64,000 nucleotides of DNA, taken from the NCBI RefSeq assembly GCF_018977255.1, contig NW_024704743.1:4342001-4406000 (forward strand), read 5' to 3'. The notes under the pieces are model-generated. The model was not told the DNA's origin and searched no databases. It saw only the letters and a program-made list of their open reading frames with translations. Below, piece by piece: positions 37,723 through 51,406 of this stretch. Made by a program: the position numbers and the translations under genes. How positions within the stretch are numbered: the first letter of the stretch is position 1; each line of letters starts with the position of its first letter. The DNA is from Callorhinchus milii. Lineage: Eukaryota.

Positions 37723-38014
37723 CACCCCTCCCCTCCGTTGTTTGTCGGCGGCCATCACTCGAGCGGCCTGAGGAGGAGGAGGAGGAGGAGGCCCAGGCCA
37801 GACCGGCAGGTGGGTGTTGAGGCCTCGCCGCCTGCGACGCAGGGTAGATGGGGGCGGCCGGGGTTGGTGGGTTGGGTGGGTGGGTGGAGGAGGGATGGGC
37901 GTTGTGGGGGAGGATCGGGCAGTCAGTGTGTACCCGCTCTCCTCCTCCTCCTCCCCCTTCTCCCGAGGCTTTCAACAGCCGCCCCGGCGGCATGGCGGCC
38001 GCCATGTTCCCGGG
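37723..38014 (+). promoter_or_regulatory. LARP4B: LARP4B CpG island with candidate non-coding first exons (donors CAG|GTGGGT after 37809 and GG|GTAACT after 38014)
   Basis: CpG-rich, (GGA)n tract, YY1-like GCCGCCATGTT, two donor-like sites, upstream of the LARP4B start exon. An N gap lies immediately 5'. Confidence 0.6.
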
Positions 38015-38049
38015 GTAACTGATAACTGATACCGCCGAGGCCTAGTCAC

Positions 38050-39225
38050 TGCCCCCCCCCCGCACCCCCCCCCTCCCCACTCCCCCCGCACCCCCCCTCC
38101 TCCCCACTCCCCACCCCCCCCCCACACCCTCCTCCCCACTCCCCCCCCCCACCTCCCCATCTTCTCAGGTCTGTGTGTGTTTCTGTTTCTTCCTCTCCGA
38201 CAGTCTGTGTTTTTTTTTCCCCATCCGAGTGTTCTCCCTCCACCCCCCACCCCCCCTCCATCCACTCAGGCTTGTGCGTTGTTGTCCCCTCTTCCCCCCC
38301 CCCCCACCTGTTTACCCCCAGGGTTGTATGTTCTCCCCCCCCACCATCATACAAATCTGTGTGTTGTTTGCTTCCCTCCCCCCCCCAGGTTTGTGTGTTG
38401 TTTGTACACCCCTCCCCTTCCCCCCCGTTACAGATCTGTGTGTTGTTTCTCTCCCCACCCCCCCAGGTTTGTGTGTTGTTTGTATCCCCCCCCCCGTTAC
38501 AGATCTGTGTGTTGTTTCTCCCCCCCTCAGGTCTGTGTTTTGTTCCCCCAACCCCTTCCAGGTCTACAAGTCATTCTCCCCCTCCCCCCCACCTTCCGAT
38601 TATGGGACGTGAAGTGTAATTTTGTTTTTTGTTGTTGTGTGATTCTCTCCTCCCCCCCCCCCCCCCCCCGATCACCGCCACAAACACACAGATCTGAGTG
38701 TTGTGTTCCCCCCCCCCCCCCGTCTTATGTTTTTCAAAGTTTTCTTATGCGGTCCATCATCCTTTCAGGTTTGTGTCTTTCTCTCCCCCCTGTCTGTTAA
38801 TCCCATGTTTGTTTGTTGTGTTCTCTCCCTCCACCCCCCCCCTCCCGCCTTGTCTTTATGTTGGTACCCCCCCCCCCATATACACACACTTTCAGGTCTG
38901 TGTGCTGTTTCCCCCCTTCCCCCTCGTCTGTTTTTACTCTTTTCCCCCCATCTGTGTGTTCTTTCCCCATTTCTCCATCCTCTCAAGTTTGTGTGTTGTT
39001 TTTCTCCCCCTTGTGAGTTCACTCCAGTTCTGTTTGTTGTGTGCCCCTCCCCCCAGGTCTACAGATCTGTTTGTTGTTCCTCCCCAAATAAAAAAAAAGG
39101 TCTGTAGTTGTATTTCTTCCACCCACCAGTCTGTGTTTTTCCTCTATCTGGAGTCCCACCTATGCCTTCCCCCTTCCACCTACCCTCTCTCGGCCTTTTC
39201 TCTCATCCCCTCCCCCATTTCCCTT
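38050..39225 (+). repeat. Pyrimidine-rich degenerate minisatellite (unit ~CCCCCCCAGGTCTGTGTGTTGTTTCT) at the start of LARP4B intron 1
   Basis: CAGGTYTGT / CAGATCTGT cores recur between C runs. Confidence 0.85.
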
Positions 39226-39227
39226 TT

Positions 39228-39485
39228 CAACAACAACAACAACAAGATTTAATTTATAGAGCGCCTTTCACGTCGGGAGGACGTCCCAAGGTGCTGGATA
39301 GTTGGGTCAGGACCCGAGCAGGGGAGAAATGGTCAGGGTGAAGTAAGGGGAGGGAAGGGAGGGAGCGAGGAGGGGGAAGAGAGTCGAGAGGGGAGCTGAA
39401 GGCACGGTCAAAGAGAAAGGTCTTGAGACCAGCCTTGAAGAAGGAAAGGGAGGAAGCGGCGAAGGCACTGGGGGATGGAGTTCCC
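39228..39485 (-). mobile_element. L2 3' end
   Basis: (CAA)n tail and GCGCCTTTCACGTCGGGAGGACGTCCC. Confidence 0.85.
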
Positions 39486-41118
39486 TCTGTTATACTCTTC
39501 CCCCCCCCCTCCCCGATTTTCCTTCCCACCCTGTCCCGTTTTCCCCTCACCCCTTTTGTTTTTCCATTCCACCCTTGTTTTTTCCTCAATGTATCACCCC
39601 ATCACTTGAAGTGTCTTCTTGTCCCCGACCCTTATCTCAATCACCGTTGTAAATTCAAATTTATATTGGAAAACTAGAAGTGCTCTTGGAATAAATAGCT
39701 TTCTTCCGTGAAGTACAGTAAACTCCTGATAAGACCTTGGCTTATCTTGTAACTACCACCTAAGTATCCATGCTGTCAATATCCCGGCCTCCTCCCATGC
39801 AAAATCTTAATAAGGGACTTACCTATAACTAGTTGCATTCAAGAAATTCTTGTAACTACTTACTTTAGATATCTTATTCTATAAGATGGCGTCTTGCATT
39901 GCAGAGGCTTCTGGTCTAGTGGAGGGCCACAGTGCGGCCCTGCACGAAACCAGACGTCTTCTGCAATGCATCTGATCTTGTGCATCGAACTTCTGCCGAA
40001 CGCCCACACCAGTCACAACACCCCGCCGTGGCCCGGGAGGACCTATTCCCGATTCGCCACTCCTGATAACTCGCCACTGAGCCCTTTTCCCTCGGATCGA
40101 AGCGTTGTCAGGAGTTTACTGTATATAACCTGCTCCTCAAAAAGAATGCTATGAAAAAAAAGTCTACCAGCCAAATAAGTCATTGTCCAACAATCAGTTG
40201 TGAAATTAGTGTGTCGAATAATTTGAACTGTTCGAATGAATGAAGCATGTGTTCATTCGAACACTCAAGTTAATTGTCTCTCAAATCATTAGAACTTGTG
40301 TTGTAATTCTTAGAGGCTGTTGTTAATGGCTTCCTTGCTGTACTGCTTGCAATTGTACTGTGCGTCTGTATCACTGTCAGGGTTCCAATTGTACACAATT
40401 GTTCACGTTGAAAAGGATGTAAAATATTCAAGAGTTTACCATATGCAAATGTTTGTGTATCATTTTGTGATCATCAACAAAAGTTGTTGCTGGTGGAGGG
40501 AATTGGAACATTTTCTTGTTTGAGGCCATCGGAATTTGATTCGAGCACACCTAGGTTAGCAATTGCACAGCCATGTGCACAGTACAGTCTCGCCCAACCC
40601 ATTCTTGGAAGAGCGTGTGGCACTGAAATAATATATTTTTGCGTTTTTCACGTCAGCTATCGATTAAGTTTAACGGGGTTTGAGCTACCTGGACTGCACA
40701 ATATCCCAGGAAACATTTTAAAATTTTAGTCTGCCATATGTGACCTGATCAGATCAGATGATTCCGGTGGATTATTTTGGGGTATATTTTTTTCCAAAAG
40801 AAGCATTGCAACATGCTGATTCAACCTACATAATGAAATATTTTATAATAAGCAAATGTGTGCTGTAACGTAGCTCATTGTGGAGGTCTCAAATCATTTG
40901 TTTTCCCTCAATAATCAGAAAATATTTGTTGGAAAGGTTTTAAGCATCAGTCATATGCATCTGAATGGTATATGTGGAATTATACTCCACAATAAAAACA
41001 ACACCTTCAAGTAATGATGGGTCAAAATTGAGAACTACATATTCATGAGGTTTAAAAATTAAAAGGAATGACTGCTGTATTGGGAGTGCAAGTGCAAGTT
41101 ATTTCTGTATTTCATATT

Positions 41119-41327
41119 TATAATAATAATCCCTCCAAAACCCAAAACAATAATAAATTGGTCATTTTCAATCCACGACTGTTTGTGGGACATTGCTGTG
41201 CGCAATTGGCTGCCGCGTTCGCCCACAAATATACAGTCAATTCACTTTACAGTGTGTTCTGTGAAGCGCTTTGGGACGTCCTCCCAACGTGAAAAGCGCT
41301 ATATCAAATGCAAGGATTATTATTATT
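41119..41327 (+). mobile_element. Young SINE 3' half
   Basis: Near-identical to the 14092/35252 copies. Confidence 0.9.
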
Positions 41328-42957
41328 GTTTGCTGTAAATTTGACCATGTTGCGAGTTCTACATTCTGAATTCAGTGTTTGTTTGACGTGAAATTTCTAA
41401 TGAAGCACTCGCAAGCTAACATTCATTTAGATTTCAAAACTTGTGGAAAATGATTTCTCAATGTTTTTCCCCTCATCACTTGAAGGTGTTGATTTTATTG
41501 TGGCCTATGATTCACCAGGCACCAGAAGTATTTTGGGATTCGCCGAAAGGGAGAATGAAGTGGCTAAATGGGGTAGAAGGGGAGGTGAACGTGCAGCAAG
41601 CCTCATTCTGTGTTGCGGAGGGAGTGGGACTGCGCAGATAAGGGCTTATGTGCATTTGGAAGCAAGAGTTAGAATCTTGATATCAAACCATTGGGCAATC
41701 GAGAGGTGGTGGGCTCTGTTGAGGATGATGAATTTCTGAAAGAAGGGAAGGAATACTACCGAGTTCTGAATAAGCTAGAGCTTAGAGAGAATTTATTTGG
41801 TAAGGCTGGTGAGGAAAGCACTGGAGCATTCGCCTGGAGGTTACTGAAGTGTGAATAAGGTTTTGGTTGTATTGAAATGGACAGAGGTGGAGGAAAGCAG
41901 CCTTTATCAAGGACCGGATGCAAGCCTGAACCGAGATCTGGGGATTGAATTTTTTTAAAAAAATATCAAGCTAGTTAATCATTCTGAGTCAGCTTTTTGA
42001 TAGGCGTTTAGGATTTTAAAGGGGAGTTTAGAATGGGAATGAGCTGGAGCTTCACGGTAAAGCCTGGTCCGAGCTTTGCTCAACATCAACACATTTTGTG
42101 AACATCTCTCAACTGAGAGCCCTGATGATGATCAGTAATAAGAATACTGACTTTTTGTGCTCCTAAATGGGAGCCATTTCAAGATTATGCTGATCGAGAT
42201 TGGTGAATTTAGTAACTGGGCTGAGCTCCACCATTGCACTACATTTGTATCCTGAAACCTTGCAAACTGTGTTCAGGGTTGGAAGTTGGAAGCCTGGATG
42301 AGAAATCATGATTTAAAATTTTAATTTGCATTGTTCAGTCTTATGAAAATGAAATTAACAATGGCTGTAATCAACCCTGTTTAGGGGACTGTTATTGATA
42401 GTCCCGTCTTTCTCGTTTCGGTGGGTGTTAATGATGCTATGGAACTATTTAAGTAGTTGCATTTGATATAATGCCTTTCACTTCAGGAAGACCTCTCAAG
42501 GCACTTCATAGAAATACTGCAGAGTAACTATATTTAGTGCGCGAACACATCAATCAATTTTGGGCACGGAAACGTCCACAAACTACTGAAGTGAGTGATC
42601 AAAAGACAAAAGCACACAAAGGAGGGGTCTTGGAGACTGAAAGCCTACAGGTTCCCCTCCTGTAAGCTTTAGGTGCTTTTTTTTAAAATAAGGTTACTTT
42701 TGGAAGAGTGGAGGGAAGATAAAAGAGGGATATACTGTATAAACTCTTGACTAACCAAATTTTATATCTTAACTGTTGAACACTAAACAACAATACAGTT
42801 CCAATTATTGTAGATATTGGGCTCTATTACAATCTCAACTAAGGCACAACTTGGGGGAGAAGAGAGGTTTACATAGTTTTAGGAGAATTATTACTTTAGA
42901 TTCATACTAAGGTTGAGAGAAGGTAGGTACAATATGGGTAGCATCAGTAAGGGGAGG

Positions 42958-44945
42958 ACAACAACAACAAAATTACATTTATAGAGCACCTTTCATATCG
43001 GGAGGACTTCCCAAAGCGCTGAACAGTCAGGTGTCGGGGCCCGAGCATGAGGGATGGGGAGTGTGTAGGGGTGAGGGAAGGCAGAGAGGTGGGAGGGAGA
43101 CCAAAGGCACGATTGAAGAGAAAGGTCTTGAGACCGGCCTTGAAGGAGGCGAGGGAGGAAGCGAGGCGAAGGCACCATGGGATGGAGTTCCAGAGTGTGG
43201 GGGCAGAGAGGCTGAAAGCCCGGCCTGCTCCATGTCTCGGGCGGGAGACATGGAGCAGGCCGAAGCCCGATGAATGGAGGGAGTGGGCAGGCTCGTAGGG
43301 AGTCAGCAGGTCAGGAGGGGGCAAGGCCATGGAAGGCCATACAGTAAGGGGAGGAGCAATAGTACTCGTCTTAGGAAGGTTGCTTGGGTATGGGTTAGCA
43401 TCCTGTTGATGCCCTCAACCTTTTCATAAAACCAAACAAGACATGCCAAAGATGGGATTATACAATTCTGATTTAATTTTTTTTCTCTGTGATACAAATC
43501 AATGGCACATTAAATAGAATAAAAAGCTCATGTGAGGAACAGCACTCGGCAAATTGGAAGCAGCAAAAAGTACTGTATATTTCCTGCCTTTACGCAATTG
43601 ATTCCCCTCAATCTTGTCGGGCAACCCGAATTATAATAAAAGCCACAACTTGGATTTATATAACGCCCTCCACGCTGAACGGCGTCTCAGAGCACTTCAC
43701 AATAATGGATCCCGGGGCCGAACAAGGGAGAGGGGGAGGAAGGTGACCAAAGGCGCGTTTGAAAAGAAAGGTCTTCAGCCGAGATCTGAAAATAGGAAGA
43801 GAGGGGGCGAGGCGAAGGGAGTGAGGAAGGGAGTTCCAGAGCATTGGTTTACACGCGATGAAGCTGAAAATGATTGAATAGCATTTTTTTTTATATATTG
43901 CGAAAACTCAGTGAAAGGCTGAGGACTATATTCTAGTTAGAGAGAAGAGGTGAATATTCTGTTAATAAATGTTGGGTCAGTGCGCATGAATCTTGTCAGA
44001 TTATCTGGTCAAATTGAGAACTTGCTTTATAATAGGAAACCAAAGCTGTGTTCATGGCGAGAGATTAGCAGAATCTTGCAAATATGTTTTGTGGCACCAT
44101 CCACACTTGCTGTAAATGACTTTTGAGAGCAATTAACCCTGCGTGTAAGGCTGGTAGCACTCTTATCTTTGAGTCAGAAAGTTGTGGGTACATGCCTCAA
44201 ATTGAAAGTTTAAACTCATCTTGCCTGACACTCGACCTCAGTGCTGGGGTTGCGGGACATTGTTGGAGGTGGTGTATTTCAGATGAAATGTTTAACTGAG
44301 ACCCGCAGCTGCCTGTTCCAGTTCCATAACAGGATATCGGTTGTGGGGGAGTGAGTTTCACTCGGTGTTCTGGCAAACAATCCCCCGAAGAAAATTGGTC
44401 ATTTATTTTGTGGCTGCTTGTGGGACATTACTGTGCGCAAATGGCTGTCATGCCTACAAGATGCTTATTTTTAATATTATGAAATTTACTTTTACGATTT
44501 GCGACAAAAATAATACGCTGTTTCAGGAGAATAAATAGTATATAAGATTATCTGAACCAGTTAAGCATATGAGCCATCGATTGGCAAAAGCATTTGAATG
44601 TAGACAATCAACAACAACAAGATTACTTTTATAGAGCGCCTTTCACGTCGGGAGGACGTCCCAAGGCGCTGGACCGTCAGGTGTCGGGGTCCGAACATGG
44701 GAGAGGGGTGGTGTAGGGGTGAGGGAAGGCAGAGAGGTGGGAGAGAGACCAAAGGCACAGTCGAAGAGAAGGGTCTTGAGACCGGCCTTGAAGGAGGCGA
44801 GGGAGGAAGCGAGGCGAAGAGTCCGTGGGATGGAGTTCCAGAGTGCGGGGGCAGAGAGGCTGAAAGCCCGGACACTGATGGTCGGGCGGGAGACTTGGAG
44901 CAGACCGGAGCCTAATGAACGGAGTGAGTGGGCAGGTTGGTAGGG
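42958..44945 (-). mobile_element. L2 3' fragments (42958-43345, 43620-43845, 44608-44945) plus an older SINE
   Basis: Peptides RAFSLSAPTLWNSIP and FKAGLKTFLF; the 42958 and 44608 copies are closely similar. Confidence 0.85.
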
Positions 44946-47900
44946 AGAAGGAAGTGATATGTGTCAAAAAAGCGAATCAAACATTAGGTTGACATTCAAA
45001 TATAATTCAAAATATTCTTTATTTTATAGATCATTCGTAAGCCAAATTTGGTATAGGCACAATTCTCGACACCCTTCCTTAAAACGACATTGATTGATTC
45101 TGGAGAGTGAAAGGGCAAGTTTGAATATTGAAAGCCATTATTTAATGGGAGATGGAGTAGTAGGATCAAGTCCTACCGAATGGAGTTTGCGGTCTTGAAA
45201 CAGTGGGCGTGAAAAGCCTTTTTCTTCTGTGATTTGTTATACCACTGAATCTCTAGATGTGTTTTAGTCTTAACGAAAGAAACCTGTTAGCTTAGGGTGT
45301 CTGTTTCTTGATGTCTGACTTAACCTTTTACCATCCTGGCAAGGCAATTGTGGAAAAACTCGGGTTATAGCATTAAGTTTACTGTACTGTTTGATCTTGA
45401 ACAATTTGGAGCTGGTTAGAGAAGCAGGGAGAATGTGTTGAGGTGTGTTAAATTTTTTGTGTGCAATTTTTCGCAACAAATTGTAAAATCCGAGAATGTT
45501 AAATTAAAACTTTGCGTTTCATTCAGCACCTTGTCATAAACAAGAAGTCTTGCATGTGATGTAGTGGCTTATCACGTCGTCAAAATGTCTCCGAGCACTT
45601 CACAGGAAATGGGTATGATTCTGTTAAGCATAATAGACTAAAAATTCTATCCAGTTAATATAATTCCAATTTGGTATTGCGTCTTTCACATCAGGGAGAC
45701 AGTTCTAAGCACTTCATAGGATACCATGTAAAGTGCTGTGACTTTTTTGTGGGAGAATGCAACAGCTAATTCATGCACAATGTCCCACAAACAGCCTTAA
45801 CGTGTGTTACCCATTTTATTTGGGGTGTTGTTGGCCAGGACACCGGGAGAAACTCCCTTCTGTTTTTGAATAGTGCCATAGGATCATTAATATCCATCTG
45901 AACAGGCAGATGGGACCTTGGTTCAACATCTCATCTGAAGGACAGTACTTCCCTCAGCACTGCGTTGGGAGTATCAATTCAGACTATATGACTTCCAGGA
46001 ACCCACAACCCAACCTTCTGGTACCAACTGAGCCAGTAGGGTAGTGAAATGGTGGAGCATATTTTGAGATGCTCTCGAGTATACTCTATGATCAGCGAAG
46101 AAGACATGACCAAGATTAGCAGGAGTGTTTGAGCAATCAAAATGTTTGCTCACTAATCTGTTGGAATTTCTTAAGGTGCTAACTAATTTGGTAAAAAGCA
46201 ATCCAGTGAACATAATCTACTTGGATTTTCAGAAAACATTTGATGTGGTACTGCATTCAGCGAAAATTAAGACCATTCATAATTAATGACATCAGCCAAA
46301 TCAGCTTTCTAATCACTCTTGTCCACAGAGATAGTTAGCAGCATACAGTACAGTGAGCAGTTTTGCTGGTTTTAGATCCTAAAGACCCCACTTGGGACCT
46401 GATCTTCAGTTGCTTCCATATTGTGAACATCTGATTCTGAAGCAAGTAGACCATCGATGTTCTGACCGTTCTGTGGTCGTCTTGATACAATTCATTGTCC
46501 TCATGCCAAATATACTGCTGCCATCATTTGACTTGGGGACACCACAAAAGAGCTCTTAAAGTTGTTACGCGTATGTATGTGAGTGTTTCGATGTTACCAT
46601 GATACATGAGCTTTGACCTCAACCTACACCTATCCCTGCATAGGTCTAACATTTAATCCACGGTGTCTTTGGAAGCCATATAAGCCTGCTTCGCACCATC
46701 CTCTCGACCTACGAGCTTCCGTGTACTGCAATATAAAAGCAGAAAAAGTCGATTGTTTGCAAGGGAAGTGATTCACAAAGCTTCAAATGATTTTAAATGG
46801 CAGAAATTGGTAAAATTCAATTCTGTTCTGTGTCCTCTCTGTTAACTCTGATTACTGCAAATTTTTCTAATATTGTTTTACTGCATGTTCTGCGACCAGT
46901 TTGTGTGTTGTGAATTTTGTGTATGACTCCAGGAATAGGACAAGGATTTTAATACAAATTTGCACACAATAATTTCCCAGAGACCTGAAGTGAGAGACCA
47001 ATTTTATTTGGGGATTGTTAAAGACAGTACACTGGGTTAAACAACCTTCTATTGAATCATGCCATAAGGGCTATAACAACTACCTGAATGGGCAGATGAG
47101 AACTTAGTTTAACATCTCATCCAAAGGTCAACATCTCCTTCAATGCAGCACATCTCCAGCGCTACATTGGCATTGGATTATCAGACAGAGCCCACAACCT
47201 TCTGATTCAACCTCAAGAGCGCTGCTAACTGAACCAGGCTGATATGTTATGGAATGCATATGTGGAGCTTTCCCTGGATAGAGTACTCTCAAGGGCTTCC
47301 TTGTGATAGTCTTCCTCGTGTCAAGACATACGGTTGCCCGAAAACAAAATTCCAATAGAATTTTGCACTACAGTGTAAAATTACACCAAATTCATTTAGA
47401 CTTTCGGTGGATGTTAAATGTGCAACTTGGTGAGGGCAGTTTCTGCATCACAGCAATCTCTGAGACGGATGAAGTCCTGCCCACTTATCTCAAAACCGTT
47501 TATATCGAAATCCCGCTTAATGGAAGGCAATCCGGGCAAAAAGTTGCAGTCCCTGTCCCTTCCCCACATAGGAACACACTAAATTTACTGCGTATGTTGA
47601 TGTTGACATAGACTTTGGCATGCTTATATTGACACATTTTTCAAATCCCTAACAGCGTTATGTTCATTGTGTCCTTACCGCTTATGTTGACAGGCCCTTA
47701 TCCTCACGCATGAGTGATTGGGTAAGTGTGGCTCATGCATGCGTGAGTCATTGCACAAAGTGCCTTGTGCTGATCTTGCTGGGTAGGTCTAATTACGGTA
47801 CTGGGAAAATCTTTAGATCCTTCCCTTTGAGCTCCTTTGGGGTTCTCAATTGTTCTAAACAGTCTGCATTGTAGTCCGTTTAAGTCAAAAAACGCTTACG

Positions 47901-50869
47901 TTCCCAAAATCCACTCCGCTCGTGCCATGTTACCAAAAATGGTTAGGATTGTACTGAGAATTTTAAAATTGTAAGAACCGTAGCATGTGATTCTACCCCC
48001 ACCCCCTCCATCGGACTATTTTTTATTGTGGTACTGAACCAAATTTGACTTTGTCATTTTAGTTGGCTAGGCCGGCTGTTTGACCCATTATATTATTTGT
48101 ATTATTGGCATTGTCCCCATTTCAGAATTGCTTTGTGGAAAACTGATGTGGTTTTTGATGGGCCAAATTGCTGCCTTCTGCACTAAATTTCTAATTCTGT
48201 AAAGGTGGTGTTATTGGAGGTATTTCAATTGAAGAATGTCACTACCTTGCAAAATGTTATCACAGGACAGGGATTACAAAACAAATGCGGAGACTTGAGG
48301 CAGATGGGTGTGTACCAAGTGTTTCACAACTTTTTTTGTGTAATTGAAGCAAGGGTGTAACAGCTCATTAGTGTAAGATGCACATTTAGGATATCGCAAC
48401 TGGATTTTTGAACCCTGTTCTGTAAATTCCTCATCTGATATGGTTTCGGTCGTTGCCAAAACCAATTTTAAAGTTAGGTGCCAGAAGTTATCTGGAAATG
48501 GAATGGAGCAAATTACCTGAATGATGGTGGATGAGCTTCACTTTCATTTCTATCAAGTCAGTCTAGGTGTGAAGCCAGTGCTGGGAATAGAACTTTTCCT
48601 CATTCTTTATACTGGTGTCAACAATAAGATAATGTTTGTTCTTTGTAAACACTTCTCAGAGCAGAACATTAACACTTTTCTATTCGAGTCCTTGAATTGG
48701 ATATGGAAATCTGACTAGATCTTGGGTTATAGAATTTAGATTTAAAGATGCATAGATTCCAAGCACCTTCCTGTATCAGGATAGCGTTTCCACTTTATGA
48801 TGAAGCCGACAGTTGTGAATTTTAGACAGTTTCTCAACCTGACACTTTTGCCAAAATACAATACAAATGTACATTTTATAGAGTGCTTTGCGCGTCAGGA
48901 AGATGTCCCACAGTGCTTACTGGAGTGGGAAAGGACACCATCTGCAAAGCCATTTTTTAAAGCTGAAAGCCTGTACAACTACTACTTGCATTTATATAGT
49001 CCCCTTCTCATAGGATAGCATCTTGGAGTGCCTCACAATTAGGGATCCTGGTGCATTTTCTGCACCCTGGTATTTTAATGCACCGGACTGTGGGTGTTAT
49101 ATCTCACCTTGGAGGATGCGCTGCAACCCGTCGCAGAGTGAGAAGGGGGTGGGAAAAAGTGACCAAGGGTGGGTTTGAAGAGGCTGCACATGCTCTGGTT
49201 CAGATTCTCTGAACAGCAAATTTTTAGACCGTCTTGTCATGGGCCTTGGAAGTGAACCTCTCTATCCTTTTTATCGAGTAAAAGGAATTGGTAAAATTTG
49301 ATGCCTCGTATGTATGAGACTTTCTGTGGAATTGTAGTTGAGGGGGAGCTGCCTGTAGACTATCTGCCTGTCTGGATACTGAGAAGTATTAATGGACAGT
49401 GGAAAGAATGTTGAATCTCTTAATGAAAGGCGTGAGTGAGGCAGGCACGAGCCTGTTTATTCTGGAAGCCAAACACCACAACATACTGTTAGACTGCTAG
49501 CTCAAGAAATTTCTACATAGATGTAAGGCTACTTATTGAAAGTATCCTGGATAAATGTACAGGGAATATGTTATGGCCCTGTGGCCTAGTTTCAGCACTT
49601 CGTGTATTACTGCCTTTGACTTCAGCACGTACATGTCCTTGTTGGAAAGACTGATTTACCCGATCTGTTTCTGAAGTGCTCAGTTCTGAACATCTCCTAG
49701 ACATAGTCTTCACTGTGACATAGTTATGGAATTACTCATCTTAAATTCTCCATTACTCTGGTCTGCTATTTGCAGATCCTATGATAAGTACAGCTGCTTT
49801 TGAGGTTCTGGATGTCCCTTTTGAGCCATCCGTTATGTCTAACCTTGCTCTGAAGCAGATTTCACTACTTCAGAATAATAGATACAGAATTGAAAAATGG
49901 TGATTGGGTTTGAAGAGAGAATTAAAATGATAAACTTCATCTGCACTTTATTCTGCTGACGAATTACTCCCTTGCATCGTGGCATATCTAGCTAGAGGAG
50001 ATCTGAATCTGGTCACAAGGTAGTTGAATGCACAAGTTTCTTTTATATAAAAACGTGTTGCTCTGATGTTGAGACTGATGAGGTTGATATTCTAGAAGGA
50101 TGGAATCAAATGGGTCTCCTTCATCTAAACTTATCTGGGGATGATTTGACAACTCAATTTCAAAATGCGTTTCCAATAATTTTAAGATTTTTTTNGTAAG
50201 ATTTTTTCCTTTGTGTTCAGAATTTTTTTGGGGGTGATGGGGGCAGAATATCTGAGGACTATACACAGATGAAGAATTAAAGATGATGCTTATGGTTGAA
50301 ATGAGTGCTGGAGGTGTGCCATAGTAGACCTGATGTCAGAACAAAATTCATCAGTTTACAAGTTACTGTTTAATGTTTTGGCTTTTTTTTGCCTAAATAA
50401 ACAATTTGCAATAACCATGTTGGATTTGTGTACTACAAGCAGATTCCCTTGACCTACGTCATCCATACAAGTCCATTTAACAGTAAAATGTAGATTGTAT
50501 TAGATCGAATCGTTGTCTTACAAAGGAAAATTCTTTGGGAATATCTTTTAGGGGTTGGGGGAAGAACAGAGTTTTTGCTAATAAATTTACAGAATAATTC
50601 TGGAAACGGTGAATTTGTCTGCTTTAAACCACTTGCCTTTTAGAGACTTGTGTATTTATCTTGACGTATCAGCACATAAATGGAAATCACGACTATTAAT
50701 TAAGTATTCAACAAAATGTGTAAATATCTTATATATCCGCTGCCATGAATAGACATCCCAAAATAGTATTTTTAAAAAAATATGGATTAGATTGAACAGC
50801 TGCATCTTACTTGGGCTGGATTTCTTGTTATGGTGGGTTTGCGTGCTGAAATGTAGTATTAATAATATG

Positions 50870-51227
50870 TGATAATCCTTGCATTTGATATAACACCTTA
50901 TTGAGTCTTCGAGATGTCCCAAAGTACTTCACAGAATATAATGTAAAGCAAATTGACTGTATATTTTGTGGGCGAAACGTTGCAGCCATTGCGCACAGCA
51001 GCGTCCCACAAACAATTGTGGATTGAAGTGACCAATTTTTTTNGAAGGAATTATTACCCCCGGAAAAATGATCCGACAGTCAACTTAACAACTGGATTCC
51101 TACTTACTACTAGGTAAACAGGCGTGTGGAGTAAGGAAACTTGCCCAACATTTCACCCTGCCTGGGAATTGGACCCAGGTCTCGCTTGCGAGGCGAGTGC
51201 TCTTAACCTCTGAGCTACAGGACTCCA
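50870..51227 (-). mobile_element. Full-length tRNA-head SINE ending ~50 nt before the LARP4B start exon
   Basis: Tail-to-head match to the family. Confidence 0.88.
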
Positions 51228-51325
51228 TTAGTATTGTAGTTCTGAAATGTAACAGCTTGTATTTTGTCCCACAGATCTTGCTGAGCAGAAAAATTCTCTC
51301 TGCAGAGCCAGAAAGCAGACGGCTC

Positions 51326-51406
51326 ATGACTTCTGACCAGGACACTAAAGTTGTGGCTGAACCGCAGGTGCAGCAAGTGCAAGAAGTTGTAGACAGTTCC
51401 CCTCTG
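51326..51406 (+). CDS. LARP4B: LARP4B canonical start exon, coding part (MTSDQDTKVVAEPQVQQVQEVVDSSPL); exon 51275-51406
   Basis: Matches human LARP4B N-terminus MTSDQDAKVVAEPQ; acceptor ttttgtcccacag; phase-0 donor GTAAGA. Confidence 0.93.

Noticed and set aside
37039..39252. Many overlapping 130-230-aa ORFs
   Set aside because: They arise from microsatellites, an L2 remnant and the pyrimidine minisatellite; no recognisable protein.
49776..49905. Possible extra LARP4B leader exon with a 40-aa ORF (MISTAAFEV...)
   Set aside because: Only a plausible acceptor; weak donor and no homology.
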